DNA of 64,000 bases from Squalus acanthias. Its lineage: Eukaryota. Location of the stretch: assembly GCA_030390025.1 (NCBI GenBank), contig CM059430.1, positions 152,334,001-152,398,000 on the forward strand, given 5' to 3'. Below, in pieces: positions 24,401 through 37,279 of this stretch (position 1 is its first letter; every line of letters begins with the position of its first letter). Below the pieces are notes generated by a model, which was not told the origin of the DNA, ran no database searches, and saw only the letters and a list, made by a program, of their open reading frames with translations. A program made the position numbers and the translations under genes.

Positions 24401-24765
24401 GTGTACCATCTACAAGATGCACTGCAGCAACTCGCCAAGGCTTCTTCAGCAGCACCTCCCAAACCCGCGACCTCGTCCACCTAGAAAGACAAGGGCAGCA
24501 GGCGCATGGGAACACCACCGCCTCCAAGTTCCCCTTCAAGTCACACACTATGCTGACTTGGAAATACATCACCATTCCTTCATCGTCGCTGGGTCAAAAT
24601 CCTGGAACTCCCTCCCTAATAGCACTGTGGGAGTACCTTCACCACACGGGCTGCAGCGTTTCAAGAAGGCGGCTCACCACCACCTTCTCAAGGGCAATTA
24701 GGGATGGGCAATAAATGCTGCCCTTGCCAGCGACGCCCACATCCCATAAAAACGAATTAAAAAAA
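21474..24765 (+). mobile_element. Full-length single-ORF APE-RT LINE (CR1 group) with a tRNA-derived 5' end; ORF now frameshifted
   Basis: APE motifs LLTNIWG, PDIVTLTES, GDFN, LDLILTN, SDH; RT motifs GPDNI, NYRPISLLS, QFGFR, QSSVLGP, FTDD; 3' UTR and A-rich tail. Confidence 0.9.
21478..21553 (+). promoter_or_regulatory. Pol III type-2 internal promoter (A and B boxes) at the LINE 5' end
   Basis: A box TAGCATAGTGG at 21478-88; B box GTTCAAATCC at 21544-53. Confidence 0.7.
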
Positions 24766-26133
24766 ATATAAATTTTCTTTCGCTGCTCCAAGGCAAAGTC
24801 TCCACCTCTGCGCCAGACCGACCAGGCAGGCCTGTGTCTGTGCTGAGTTATTTGAACTCAGCCAGAGCAGCAGTAGGTGTATTACAATTAACCATTTATT
24901 CCCTGGGTTGAGGAACGGCAAATTGCCTGCCCGAATCGCTATACAGCGACCCCTACTGGAAGTGAGCATAATGGGGGCCGAGCTTTCAGGACAGCATCAG
25001 ATTCGTCTGTGATGTCCTTTACAACCAGATAGCCTGCCGACATTCACTGTCATGGCTTACACCTGGGTAACGGCCACTTAGGTGGAAGTACTTTCTATTC
25101 TTGGAACTGTACCTTAATCAGGTGGGGAGGGGGGCAAAATTATACAGGAAAATAATATTAGATGTGAGCGAACACTGCTTTATGCAAATGTCTACGTTTC
25201 CCACTAAAATGAGCAGACAGAAGAAAATCCATTGATCAGGGTTCATAAGTAATTGATATCAACTGCCCAGAATTCAAAGAATATTGTTTTGCTTTATCTT
25301 CCATCTCCGAACTCTACCCTAGTGTAACCTACAACAAAAAATGATAATTGGAAAGGCACAATCAATTTTCTATATAAAATGTGTACATGGAACATTAACA
25401 ACCACCCATGGGGATTCTTTGTAATCTTTTGAAAATGATGAAAAATATAAATGATCCCTAACTAGTCTGTGAAAACATCAAGTGGAAGATAAATTAAGCT
25501 ATCTTTATTCAAAAATTACATAATTTCCCCCTAAAGCTATGATGATGCTGACTAGGTAAATGATGTTTTACTCACTGACAAGCTCCCTTACTGCTGAAGG
25601 GCATCGAAGCGAACGAGACAATTGGAAGGGAGACTGTTATTTGCAAGGAGCTGTGACATGAGGGATGAGTTCAGAGGGATTTTAGCCTATGAGACAATTT
25701 GTCAGTTTCAGAGATGGTACTGGTGATTCGCCTCATAAAATCTGCCAGAGGCATTGCAAGCTGGCTGTCAAATAGGTAATGTGATTATCAATAGCGCCCC
25801 TCTAGTGGAAGCATCTGTTTAAGTAAATGAGGCTAATATGAAATGTTGTCCTCTCACTCTCGCTTGCTCTCTTGCGCTCTCGTGTCTGTGTGTATCTGTT
25901 TTGCGGGAGAGTTGCAATGCAACAGCACTGCGAAGCCACCTGTCCTTGACATGCTTTGAAAACACATTTCAAGCTAGAAGATGGTATTAACAGGAACTTG
26001 GACAAAGCGTGAGTGACTGTCTACAAAGCTCCGTGCTCAGGGAAGCCTCAGCTTTACCCCAAGGAAGTTAGATCTCGGAGTTGTTTCAAAATGCAAAACC
26101 TGTGACTTGCTTTCATTTCCTTAAACTTCGACA

Positions 26134-26403
26134 ATGACTGAGTTTTACTTCAGACAACCTGGAAATTTCACTGCTGTGGTGTTCCACCAACCAACCGTGT
26201 CTACGGACGTGGAGGACTCGGTGGGTAAACCGTCAAACATTTACACCTATGTGGCGATATTCATCAGTCTGTTGGTGCTTCTGCTTGTCATCATGGTCAC
26301 TGTGCTGTACAGATTAAAGCATGTCATCGCTCCCGTTTCCTCACCCGTGGAAAGTGCCGGCAACACCGACGTTTTCTCCAACGTGGAAGTCGGCAGCTTT
26401 TAG
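26134..26403 (+). CDS. SERTM2: Serine-rich and transmembrane domain-containing protein 2-like microprotein (89 aa, single coding exon)
   Basis: MTEFYF..GNFT N-glycosylation sequon, SNIYTYVAIFISLL single TM helix and RLKHVI motif parallel the human SERTM2 sequence as I recall it (MTEVHF..GNLT, SNLYMYVGLFLSLL, RLKHVI). Unique flanks; A at -3. Confidence 0.85.
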   Translation: MTEFYFRQPGNFTAVVFHQPTVSTDVEDSVGKPSNIYTYVAIFISLLVLLLVIMVTVLYRLKHVIAPVSSPVESAGNTDVFSNVEVGSF

Positions 26404-26847
26404 ACTTTGGCTCGGCAAATGTCAGCAGATTTGTTTGGCTGAGTATGTTTACTAAAAGGAATGAGGATGCTGAATCAATATTTAACTCCTTTTGGGACCC
26501 GATTCTGGAGATGTGCTGCCATTCAGCATTCTGATCCGGACTCAATCATCACAGACGGTTATAGATGGATAGCAGTTAAACAAATGAAACTGGGAAATGC
26601 CACAAACATCAGCTTAAGTCTATGACATTATGAAATCTGCAGACTCAAGACAGATTGCATTAACAAGGCATTAATATATTAATATTTTCATGAAGTTGAT
26701 GTATATTAGTTATGAAACTATTAATTAAGAAACCCTCTAGTCTTGTTGGATTAAATGAGGGATATTATGATTAACCGTGATATATATTTTGGTTCTACTT
26801 AACATTTCTTTAACCCAGCTTTGTCAGAATTTTCAACGTATACTTGA

Positions 26848-26859
26848 AATAAAAATAAA
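26848..26859 (+). terminator. Candidate poly(A) signal for the SERTM2-like mRNA
   Basis: Tandem AATAAA AATAAA about 450 bp after the stop codon; the AT-rich context makes chance occurrence possible. Confidence 0.3.
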
Positions 26860-29517
26860 GATTCAACAGGATATGAAATCTGCATAGACAGAAACTGCAT
26901 GGGACTTTATCCAATGTTTTAAAGAGGTATGTGGAGGTTTCTAGTGTTGACAGCAGTCTAGGAAAAAATCTCTTCAAAATGCTTCTTGAAAATGTGTCAT
27001 AAGCAATATAATGTTACACCTATAGACAAAAAGGCTGGCGCGTGGCAGAATGTCATCTTACTGATGAAAGTAAGGTGCCACATCTTCCCAAGACAACTGG
27101 ATCTGCTAATGTTATAACATGTTACTGTCTCTAAGAGTCAATGAAATAAATACAATTGGAAATCTATAGTTTTACATAAAAAGTAAGATACATTTGTTTT
27201 TTTTTAAACTGCCCCAAAATCCAAATCTCTGACTAATACTTCTCTGATCTGTCATTTATATTATGGAAGTGAATGTTTTTTTAAAAACTTACAATGTTGG
27301 GGCAGCTAACCACCATAGCATCAGCAAGTATGCATTTTGAAAGGAGTGTGGCCAGACTAGACCTTCAGATTTGATACCGAGGTACCTCTTTGCCACGGGA
27401 TGCAGGATTCTTCAAGACGGAGGTGCCATGAGACACCCCAGGCTACCGTGTACCCCATGGTGCACAGATACAGGGACGCATCAGGAGAGATCGAGGGACT
27501 GGTAGCTGGGCCACCCTTATCAGCTGGGGAATGATGAGAGAATATAATCCAAAAAAAATAATAATAAAGGCCTTTATGACTTGAAGGGCCATGACATTTA
27601 TTTGCTACCATTAGGTAGTTTAAAAAGATAGACATAGAAGTAGGAAGGAAATCATTTTTTTAAATCAGCCAGGGTTTCTGCTCCTAGTTTGCTATCCAGT
27701 TACTCCTGTTGGAAGTATGCATGGATGGATGTTGAACGAGGGCGGAATCAGGCATGACCGCAATGCTTTCCACAGTGGAATAGCCTGCCAACACTCATTA
27801 TCAAGACTCAGAGGTGAACAATGGCCACTTGAGTGAGGTACAAGAGGTATGCCAGTACCCATGAAGCAAAACCCTATGTGATTCCATATCTTTGGGAAAG
27901 GAGGGAAGAAAATGACTGGGGTGGGAGTGGGGAGGGGGTTAACAGAGGGAATTCCAATCATATTCTACACACGACCAGAAGCTTCATTTATAAGCCTCTG
28001 CTTGACGCACATTGTAAAGCAAAGTCTTTTTTCATTAGTATAGAGCAGAGAACAATCACTGGAACTGTTGAAATTGCTGTGCCGGGAATCTCACGGAAGA
28101 ATAAATGTAAAATGGAGGTTATAAAACACAGTGGAGAGGATTCTTTATGGGTGTATCCAGACTTTATAGTGCTGACAAATTCATACAATAGACAGAGGGA
28201 AATGTGAACTGAATCTCAATGAGGAGGTTCAGTGCTGCCATTAACTCTTTCACTGGGGACCGAGAGCGGCATTACCTTTGTGTTGTTAACGTCACGTCGC
28301 GTTATGCCGGGGAGCTGGAGTCACTGGCTTCCTGTCAAAAGACTTTGGTTGAGTAGGTATAGTGTATTTCATTCAAAAAAACAATTTTACATTTTTGTCT
28401 GTAAATTTTACGCTTCTGAAGGAGGAGGGATGTTACCACTGAGGAATGCAACACTTTAACATTTCAATCAGCTTTTTTCAGCTTCAAGCCCTCCTGGGAC
28501 AGGTACAGCACAGCTCATTGCAGAATAATGCTCATGCTACTCTGCCCAAAAATTGGGGCCGTTTTCTGCTGTTGTTTAATGGCAGTGACACTAGAGATGG
28601 GCATTAAAACGGAGAGGAAACCGGGACATAGGATGAAACATTCATTTTTATTTCCTTTTCTGCACTGCTTCCTTGTTTTCCACATCCAAAAAAAAACAGG
28701 GCAGTGAGATGGGTAGCAATATTTTTTTTTTAAATGCTGTTGCTCGTTAAGGTCTTATTAATGAGCTTTCAAAGAAAGATGCAGTAGTTTTTTTTCAAGG
28801 GGGAGATTAAAATGACTAGGTAAGGACATAGCTCATCTGCTGCCATGGAATTAATTCAACAATAGCACATCTGAATTCTTTGGCAGTGTGCCTCTTCAAC
28901 ATGTATTTTGCTGCAATTATTACACTAACTGGTTCAGCGTCCCCATTGGTGACAGGAGGCGGTTGGGGAGTGGAGGCATTGCTAGAGAGTAAGCACCCAC
29001 GCCAGCAACTTCCATCTGGCTTTTAAATAGTCTACTGTGCTGCACTCACTGGCGCTCAGTTGAGCAGAGTTGGTTCCGAGACACTTCAAACAGATGAGGT
29101 TGAAAACCTCTGGGTACTACTCAGCTGTATAGTCTCCCTCATAGGTGATCAAATATCTCAAGGTTTGGATATTTAAATTAATCTGTACAAGTAGAAGGAA
29201 GGCCTACTTCCTTGAACCTCGCATCAAAAGGTGCGTTGCCGCTTTAAATAGGCCTCTGGCTAACCTGCCGGAAATTGTGCAGCGGGTGAGTTTCCCAGTG
29301 TGTCAGTGAATCGGGTGGGAAACCCGCCCGTGCAATTGTAATGAGGCACGGGAGTTATAATATTCCCTAGGCTTGTTTTCAAGGGCAGCAAGTGAGTTTC
29401 AAACTCATCCCGCTACCCACCCCCACCATCCAAAACATGCCCCGAGTTAAAATCGGGGACTTGGTTTTTGGGCGGATGCAGTTTTTTTGAGGGTGTAAGG
29501 ATTGGGAGAGATATTGA

Positions 29518-30365
29518 TCATGACTGTCTAGCAGGGGAGCAGGGATTGTTCAGCTGATCTCCGGCTGCTAGCAACTGTAGGAGCTCGCCCGCTTCCTCGC
29601 CATCCTCTATGTAATCAGTGTCCTTTCCTTCATCATACTCGAGGTCAATGTCCAATGGTGGTTTCAATTGTTGACCCCATTGCAAAGCAAAGTTACGCAG
29701 CACATGCAAACCACTATCACTCTTTGTGGGCTGTATTGCAGGAAGCCACCAGAACTGTCCAGGCATCAGAATCATTGTTTGAGGACTCGAATGGTCTACT
29801 TAATGAGGGTTTTAGTTGACCCAGGCGCCGAGTGTGGATTCATGAGAGGAACCATGAGCCAAGTGTAAAGGGCACAGCCCTTGTCCCAAAGCAGCCAGTC
29901 TGTCACTTGCTGTGCAGCATCAGAGAGGGGGGAATGGGGGATTGCTGCAATATAAACTGTCATAGCAGCTTCCAGGAAAGTAGGCACAGAGCTGAATCAT
30001 GCGTTGCTCTTGATCACATACCAGTTGCATTTTAATGGAGTGGAAACCCTTGTAAATAATGAAGGCAGTGGGGTCATGTGAAGAAGCTGCAGGGTGATGT
30101 GGATGTAGTCAATGACACCTTGGATGTACGGGAATGCTGAAATCCAGAAACCTATCCTGTTGCTTGCAGTTGTCCATGGGGAAAGTGATGAAAGTGTTTG
30201 TTCCAGCAAACATGGCATTAGTCATCTGCTTAATGCAAGCATGAACTGCAGACTGACTCATGTTATTAATTTCCCTTTGGCAACTTAGAAGGAGCTGGAG
30301 ACAAAGAGGTTCAGGACTGCAGTGACCTTGACTGCAACAAGTGATGCTCTACTAGCTGTGGCGGA
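29518..30365 (-). pseudogene. Decayed Harbinger (HARBI1-like) DDE transposase
   Basis: Fragments FPYIQGVIDYIHI, WLLWDKG..WLMVP and LHVLRNFA plus an acidic tail, in the expected order across frames. Confidence 0.75.
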
Positions 30366-30369
30366 TGAT

Positions 30370-31598
30370 TGACATGGTTGACCATACCATCCTCCTCCAA
30401 CGCCTCTCCTCCATCGTCCAGGTGGGCGGGACTGCACTCGCCTGGTTCCATTCTTATCTATCCAGTCGTAGCCAGAGACTCACCTGCAATGGCTTCTCTT
30501 CCCGCTCCCGCACCGTTACCTCTGGTGTCCCTCGATGATCTACCCTTGGCCCCTTCCTATTTCTCAGCTACATGCTGCCCTTTGGCGACATCATCCGAAA
30601 ACACAACGTCACGTTCCACATATACAATGACGACACTCAGCACTACCACACCACCACCTCTCTTGACCCTGCCACTGTCTCTAAATTGTCAGACTGTTTG
30701 TCCGGCATCCAGTTCTGGATGAGCAGAAATTTCCTCCAACTAAATATTGGGAAGACCGAAGCCATTGTCTTCGGTCCCCGCCACAAACTCCGTTCCCTAA
30801 CCACCGACTCCATCTCTCTCCCTGGCAACTGTCTGAAGCTGAACCAGACTGCTCGCAACCTTGGTGTAGTATTTGACCCCGAGATGAGCTTCCGACCACA
30901 TATCCGCGCCATCACTAAGTCCGCCTATTTCCACCTCCGCAACATCGCCCGACTCGGCCCCTGCCTCAGCTCAGCTGCTGCTGAAACCCTCATCCATGGC
31001 TTTGTTACCGCTAGACTTGACTATTCCAACACACTCCTGGCCGGCCTCCCATCTTCTACCCTCCTTAAACTTAAGCTCATCCAAAACTCTGCTGCCCGTG
31101 TCCTAACTCAGACCAAGTCCCGTTCACCCATCACCCCTGTGCTCGCTGACGCATTGGCTTCCGGTCTGGCTCCCGATCTAGCAACCCCTCGATTTTAAAA
31201 TTCTCATCCTTGTTTTCAAATCCCTCCATGGCCTCACCCCTCCCTATCTCTGTAAGCTCCTCCAGCCCTACAACCCTTCGAGATATCAGCACTCATCCAA
31301 TTCCAACCTCTTGCGCATCCCTGATTTTCTTTGCTCAACCATTGGTGGCCGTGCCTTCAGCCACCTAGGCCCTAAGCTCTGGAATTCGCTCCCTAAACCT
31401 CTCCGCCTCTCTACCTCTCTTTCCTCCTTTAAGACGCTCCTTAAAAACCTACCTCATTGACCAAGCTTTTGGTCATCTGCCCTAATATCTCATGTGGCTC
31501 GGTGTCAAATTTTGTTTGATAACGCTCCTGTGAAGTGCCTTGGGATGTTTTACTATGTTAAAGGTGCTATATAAATACAAGTTGTTGTTGTTATTGTT
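30370..31598 (+). mobile_element. L2 LINE 3' part
   Basis: FHIYNDDTQ, WMSRNFLQLNIGKTE, RLDYSN, IQNSAAR; (GTT)n tail. Confidence 0.92.
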
Positions 31599-32968
31599 GT
31601 AGGTTACAATTTGAATCATAAGAAAGTTGATCCTTTTTATTATGTATTTATGAGAGTTGCCAGTCACTTTAAATCCATCTTCCTGCAGGGCCATTGTTGA
31701 ATTGGGTATAATCCGCATCCTGTATGTTTGAATGGAAATGGCATTTCAGTCAACATGTTTACCAGTGGATGTAAGGAGTCTAGGTGTCCTTAACATGTAA
31801 ACACATTTTAATTACAAAGCCACCAGCACCGTTCTCACCAGAAGCATTTGATAATTATTAGTCTGTTGAAATCTGGAAGATTGTTAACTTGTATTTCAGT
31901 TTATTTACATCCTGGACTAAACCTCTCTCAGGGTTTAAAAGTTAAACACCGTGTGGACAGTACCTTCTTTAAAACTTGGAAACCAAAGTCAGGGACGACG
32001 GCCTTATGCCCTCGAGCCCCATTGTAAGTGAGAGCTGTATTTGTTTGATTCTCTTTTTCCTGATAATAGATGAAAAAAACTTGAACTAAAGTGGCCCAGT
32101 TATCCTGGTGGGGAGAGCTCTGCGGTAGATGTGTCAATTGACAACTCCTAGCAGATATATATCTTGGGCCAACTCTCAGCTCACCAGTTCTTGTATCACT
32201 GAATCGCAGCTGCGTGGAGCTGCTCACATAGCCAGTCTGAAAGAGCTACAGTAGACACCAGTCAAGGTTTTGAATCATCAGTAGAACTAATGAAGGGCTG
32301 GGTCTATTTTGTGCTTAAGGGAGGAGCATGAGTTGGAAGTTTTATAAAAATAGTGCAAACTGCTGTAATGTTTTGCTACTGCATATCGATTTCCTTTAAT
32401 AAACCTGTTCTGTTGTTTATAGCATGAACTAAAATCTGATTAAATGATCATTCTTCCACTATCCAAAGTCTAGGTCACAAGAGGGCTCCTATCATCTGCA
32501 GTAAGCTAAATACTATAACAGAGGTTTCTGTTTGATCCCTGGCCAACACTACAATACCAGATATTGTGTGTGTAATGTCACACTTTAGTTCATAGAAAAC
32601 GAGGGCTTACAAATGGCAGTGGTTCTTGCAGCTGAGCATGAGAGAAATATCTGGTGACAGCCTAAAAACATAATAGCTTTGGATTAATTTCCCCTCCCTT
32701 ATAGGGCCAAGTGTAGCACTCCTGGCACCATCCTTGCTGAGAACAGCTAATTCAGCAGAGGTCTTGGTTCAAACCTGGAGCCTTCCTCGTCTACTGTAAG
32801 CAGAGTCTACTCTGTTCTTCAACTTGAGAAACCAGAGTGAAGGGCACAGTCCCATTGTGCAATACACCACTAGATACAAGTAATGGTTAGTTGCGACATA
32901 ACTTGGGTTTTAAAAGCTTATAGATTGTGGGAGGAACAGAAAACTGAAGGAGGTAAAGTGTTCCACAG

Positions 32969-33396
32969 TGTTAATTGTATTCAGGTGGTGTATATCAATT
33001 GGGTGTTAATATTTTATTCAAGTACAATAGTACTTATACAACTCATCAATTACATAGTAAATCCATTACATTCATTGACCACAATAAAAAATAAAGCCTT
33101 GAAAACAGCTTTATGGTTAACAATATAAATGCAATGATAAGTTTTACAAATAAATCAATAATATTTACAGTACAAATACCCTTAAATAGTATCAATTGGG
33201 TGTTAATTGTATTCAGGTGGTGGGTATTAATTGGGGGACGCTTTTGTGTTCATATATATGGGAGCAGGCTCAGGAAGGGATAAAGCTTGGGGGTGCATGG
33301 TATGTAACGTGTATCTTTGTAAATAAAGGATTGTAAGCAACTGAAGACTAGGCTCTATTATTCTATCCTTCACCACCTGGCTATCTGACTTTTACA
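32969..33396 (+). mobile_element. Probable solo LTR
   Basis: TGT...ACA ends, 5-bp TSD CACAG (32964-68 / 33397-401), TATATA and AATAAA inside, internal duplicated blocks. Confidence 0.55.
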
Positions 33397-33547
33397 CACA
33401 GTTTTGAGATCCCAGGAAAGAATGAGTTAGCGATTAATCATTATTTCAACACAGTGAGAATGCAGAAAGGAGGAAGAGTGTGTAGCTCTTCATATTTGGA
33501 GATGAAAGTTCAGCGGAACACTGACCACAGCCGTATAAGAACATAAG

Positions 33548-33797
33548 CCTCGGGTGACTGTCTGTGTGGAGTTTGCACATTCTCCCCGTGTCTGCGTGGG
33601 TTTCCTCCGGGTGCTCCGGTTTCCTCCCACACCACAAAGATGTGCGGGTTAGGTTGATTTGGCTATGATAAATTGACCCTTAGTGTTAGGGGGATTAAAT
33701 ACGTGGGGTTACGGGGATAGGGTGGGATATGTGTCGGTGCAGGCTCGATGGGCCGAAATGGCCTCTATCTGCATTGTGGGGATTCTGTGATTCTGTG
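33548..33797 (+). mobile_element. 5'-truncated V-SINE inserted into a CR1 microsatellite tail
   Basis: V-domain; (GATTCTGT)n tail; 13-bp TSD ATAAGAACATAAG (33535-47 / 33798-810); a minus-strand CR1 3' end follows. Confidence 0.85.
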
Positions 33798-34512
33798 ATA
33801 AGAACATAAGAAATAGGAGCAGGAGTAGGCCAATCGGCCATTCAATAAGATCATGGCTGATCTGATCCTAACCTCAAATCTAAAGAACACAAGAAGTAGG
33901 AGCAGGACCCGGCCACTCAGCCCCTGACTGTGCCCTTCACTCTGGTTTCTCAACAAGGTTGTATCAATAAAATAAAAAATAACTGTTGTGACGGAAAGAT
34001 GTATATAGAGATGATCTTCCTCTTGTCTTCTTCCCTAGATGTGGGAGCAGGATTAAAGTGTTGGACAGACATGAGGATGTTTCTGATTTGTGTTTTTACA
34101 GGACATGTGGGAGTTTTCAATTATGTGACGGTGCAGGTGACTTGTTGCCTACGCTAGTGAAACACTGCTGAAGTGTACAGTTATAAATCTTGATGCTGAG
34201 ACTGCTCCTTCAATTAATCACTGACTGAATTTTATGATGGATTTCAACCCTCGAGGGAAATTAGCATGCAACCTGACACAAAAGCAAGACAGTTCCTGTA
34301 AAAGTCTGGCTGCCTTTTATCGAAATGACGAAAACAAAACTGAAATCCCGAGGGCTTATATTAAAGCCATTTGCTGCAGTTCTCAGCTGATGTCTGCAGC
34401 TAGTAGTGTTGGCTGGCTTTGTGCCAACCTGGGAAAACAACAGAAACAAGCCAACAGCTTCTAAAAAGCTGACAACACAAGACCAGACCTGAATGTCGGC
34501 GTAGCACATATA

Positions 34513-35405
34513 GGGGGAAAAATTCAGTTGGTTGCGCCTCCCGTTAGCGCCTTTAGAGGGCGCTAATGGGGCGCAAAGCATCTAGCGCCCAGGCGCGGCG
34601 AAGTTTGTGCCGCTCGCGAAATTAACTAGACATTTTGCGGCGGCGCTAAACACTACCGCCACGATCTCCTGCGCCGGCAGATCATGATGTCACTCGAGTG
34701 CGCAACGCCCCGGTATCGCCCCGGAGCGGATATTGAGTGGCGCCCCCTGCCTTACCGCCTGACGCTAGCAACGACAGGTTGAGGGGAGCGTTCTGCAGTC
34801 ATGAAGGGAAAGGGAGAGCGCTATTTAAAGGTGTCCGCTTCCTGCCTTTTATTGTTGGTGCCATTTTTGAACTACGCATTCTGAGAGAGAGAGGGAGAGA
34901 CTTCTGGAGAGATTCAATGTTGTGTGAAGGAGTTTTGGGTACTGAGCAGCACTTTGCAGGTTCATTTTGATTTGCCATTCCTTGTATCGATTTAGAAGAG
35001 ACTGTGGGGGCTGCACTCTGAGCTCTTTGCCTGGTACTCTCCATTGTTCTTTCCAGCACATTTGATGTGCAGGTCTCTCCAGGCCGAGATTCAAGGCTGC
35101 AATGAGCAGGATGTGGATGGAAAGCAAGATTAACCATCCCCTTTAAGAACTGGCCCGTGCCATTGTGTGTGTGTTCCATTGCTGACTGACATTACATGAG
35201 CTTCGCCAGCGCTCTGAGGTAGCGCCTCGCTCCTTGGCATTTGCGCCTTAAGACAGGTGTGAAGTGCCTGATATAGCGCTGCAATCACCTCCAGGGGCGA
35301 TAAAAGTCAAGTTTGCAGTCGGTGGCGATAATTAGTGCCAGGCGCTAATCTTTGCGCCCGGCCGATAATTGCGCCCCAAATGGGGCGATACTGAATTTCT
35401 CCCCC
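34513..35405. mobile_element. Harbinger-type MITE
   Basis: 15-bp TIR GGGGGAAAAATTCAG / CTGAATTTCTCCCCC with one mismatch; 3-bp TSD ATA. Confidence 0.85.
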
Positions 35406-37279
35406 ATAGTGACTGTGATAGTACTACAAGTTACAAGGTGGCCATAGAATGTTGGTATATCACTTGTGTAGCAGTAAATTGTGACAAATATTGCAGAAAT
35501 TGTCCCTAATTTCTTGCGATAAAATTGGACGCTATTTCGGATATGTATTGATACTCTCTGCTAAATCTGATTGTCAAATTGTTTTTAGATTATTTACTCG
35601 CTTGTCACAGTAACACTGAAGCACTCTCTTTCCCCTTCCATGCAGTTGACAGAGACACGCTTCCTCTTCCCCCTTCAGTTTATGTTGACACTCCACCCCC
35701 TCCAACTCAGGTCACACTGGCACTCTCCTTCCTCTTCCCCCCTCAGTTCAAATTCCCCTTCTCCCAATTCAAGCTGTGCCGTTTATCCCTCTCCCCCTAT
35801 GTCTAGCTGGTGTTCTTCTTGCCTCTCCCATCAGCACTGCTCCTAACTGCTTACCACCTGCTGCTGCTGTTCCAGGGGATTGAACATGCTCATAATTTTG
35901 GTGAGAATTCCTATCCACAGCATGCAGTGGTGTTTAATGGTTTGGAGCAGCAACAGGAGCTCGAGCTAAGAATGGCACTAAGGTGAGGAGCCAAGAACAG
36001 CGCTGATTTTCATCTGCAAGCAATTATAAGCAATAGTATAACGTTATTCTAAAATTATATATAAGCTGTAATTACAAGGTTTTGTAGTTACTATACTCTT
36101 ATCAATGTTATAAACTGAGAATGTGTCCTGACCAGCAACAAGTTTGAATTAACATTTCCACTAATGCAATCGACCAGATAACTGACATTGACCAAGTTGC
36201 TCATGCCTCATCAGTGGAGATATTTATCATATTGCAAGGTTGTCCAGGAGCTATTCTCCTCTCCTTGCTTGCTCAGTGTCAGCAGACTGTTTGACCATTG
36301 GATACATCCCAGCCAAAGTTAATCCTGTCCTAATGTGCACTTTCCAGCAAGAGTAGATAATGATCAGGACAGGAACTCTTAGATTTGTTCCCTGCCTAGC
36401 CCAGAGCAGCTAGCTTAGTACAGACCAAGGACTGAAGATGGAATCTTCTCCATCTATATGGTTCAGTTCTATGGTGCTCTTGCCAAGAGGATGGTGAGAG
36501 AATGCACTCTGCGATGTTGTGTCTGGTGCTAGTTTATTATTTTCTTCTTTATTGTTGTAATTATAGTAAGATTTTGTGCTTCATTGGAGAGTGTGAGTGT
36601 TGGGGATTGGAACATGCTTCCATTATCAACATTCAATGTCAGCATTAAGCGTACCCAGATCAAGTAAAACACAGCCAGGTGCAAAGTAAAGACCGCTCTA
36701 CACTGCCTAATCTCAGATGAGTACTAACGACTCCGCCAGCATGAATCTTTCCATTCATCACAACAGCCATCCTTGTGGCTCTCCTTGGATTGGGATTGCT
36801 ACTATAGTCCCTACCGATTTGTGCTGAACTGTGGACAGTTTTGTACTGCAGTGTTGCCAACAATCTCAATTCACTTGCAAGTCCCACAATTTGCAGAAGT
36901 TCTTTTTTTAAATCTTACAGTTCACACAGGAACCTTAAATATGTGAATTACACAAATCTCCACAAACCACAGCTCACAAGTAAATTGCAGTCCATCCCCT
37001 CCAACTCAGGTTGAATTCTGACTTCATTAAGACTGTCCCAAACTCACTTCACTTTCAATCCTCTCTCTCAAGAGGAGTCATTCATTTTTCCTCCCACCTA
37101 GGCTGGTTTTGGAACACAAGTCCCTGAGAAGAAAGGGTAGAATTCCAACCCGTTGTCCATGCACGCTTCTATTTTTTAATTTAAATTAAAAAAACAATAT
37201 TTTTGAAACACAAGTGAACTCCTCAAAACAGCAAACTGTAAAAATTTACACTGCAGCAGATAATAAAACGTAACATTTT

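Noticed and set aside
25793-25810. CTCF-like site upstream of the SERTM ORF (CCACTAGAGGGGCG on minus)
   Set aside because: One extra G breaks the core spacing; not supportable without ChIP data.
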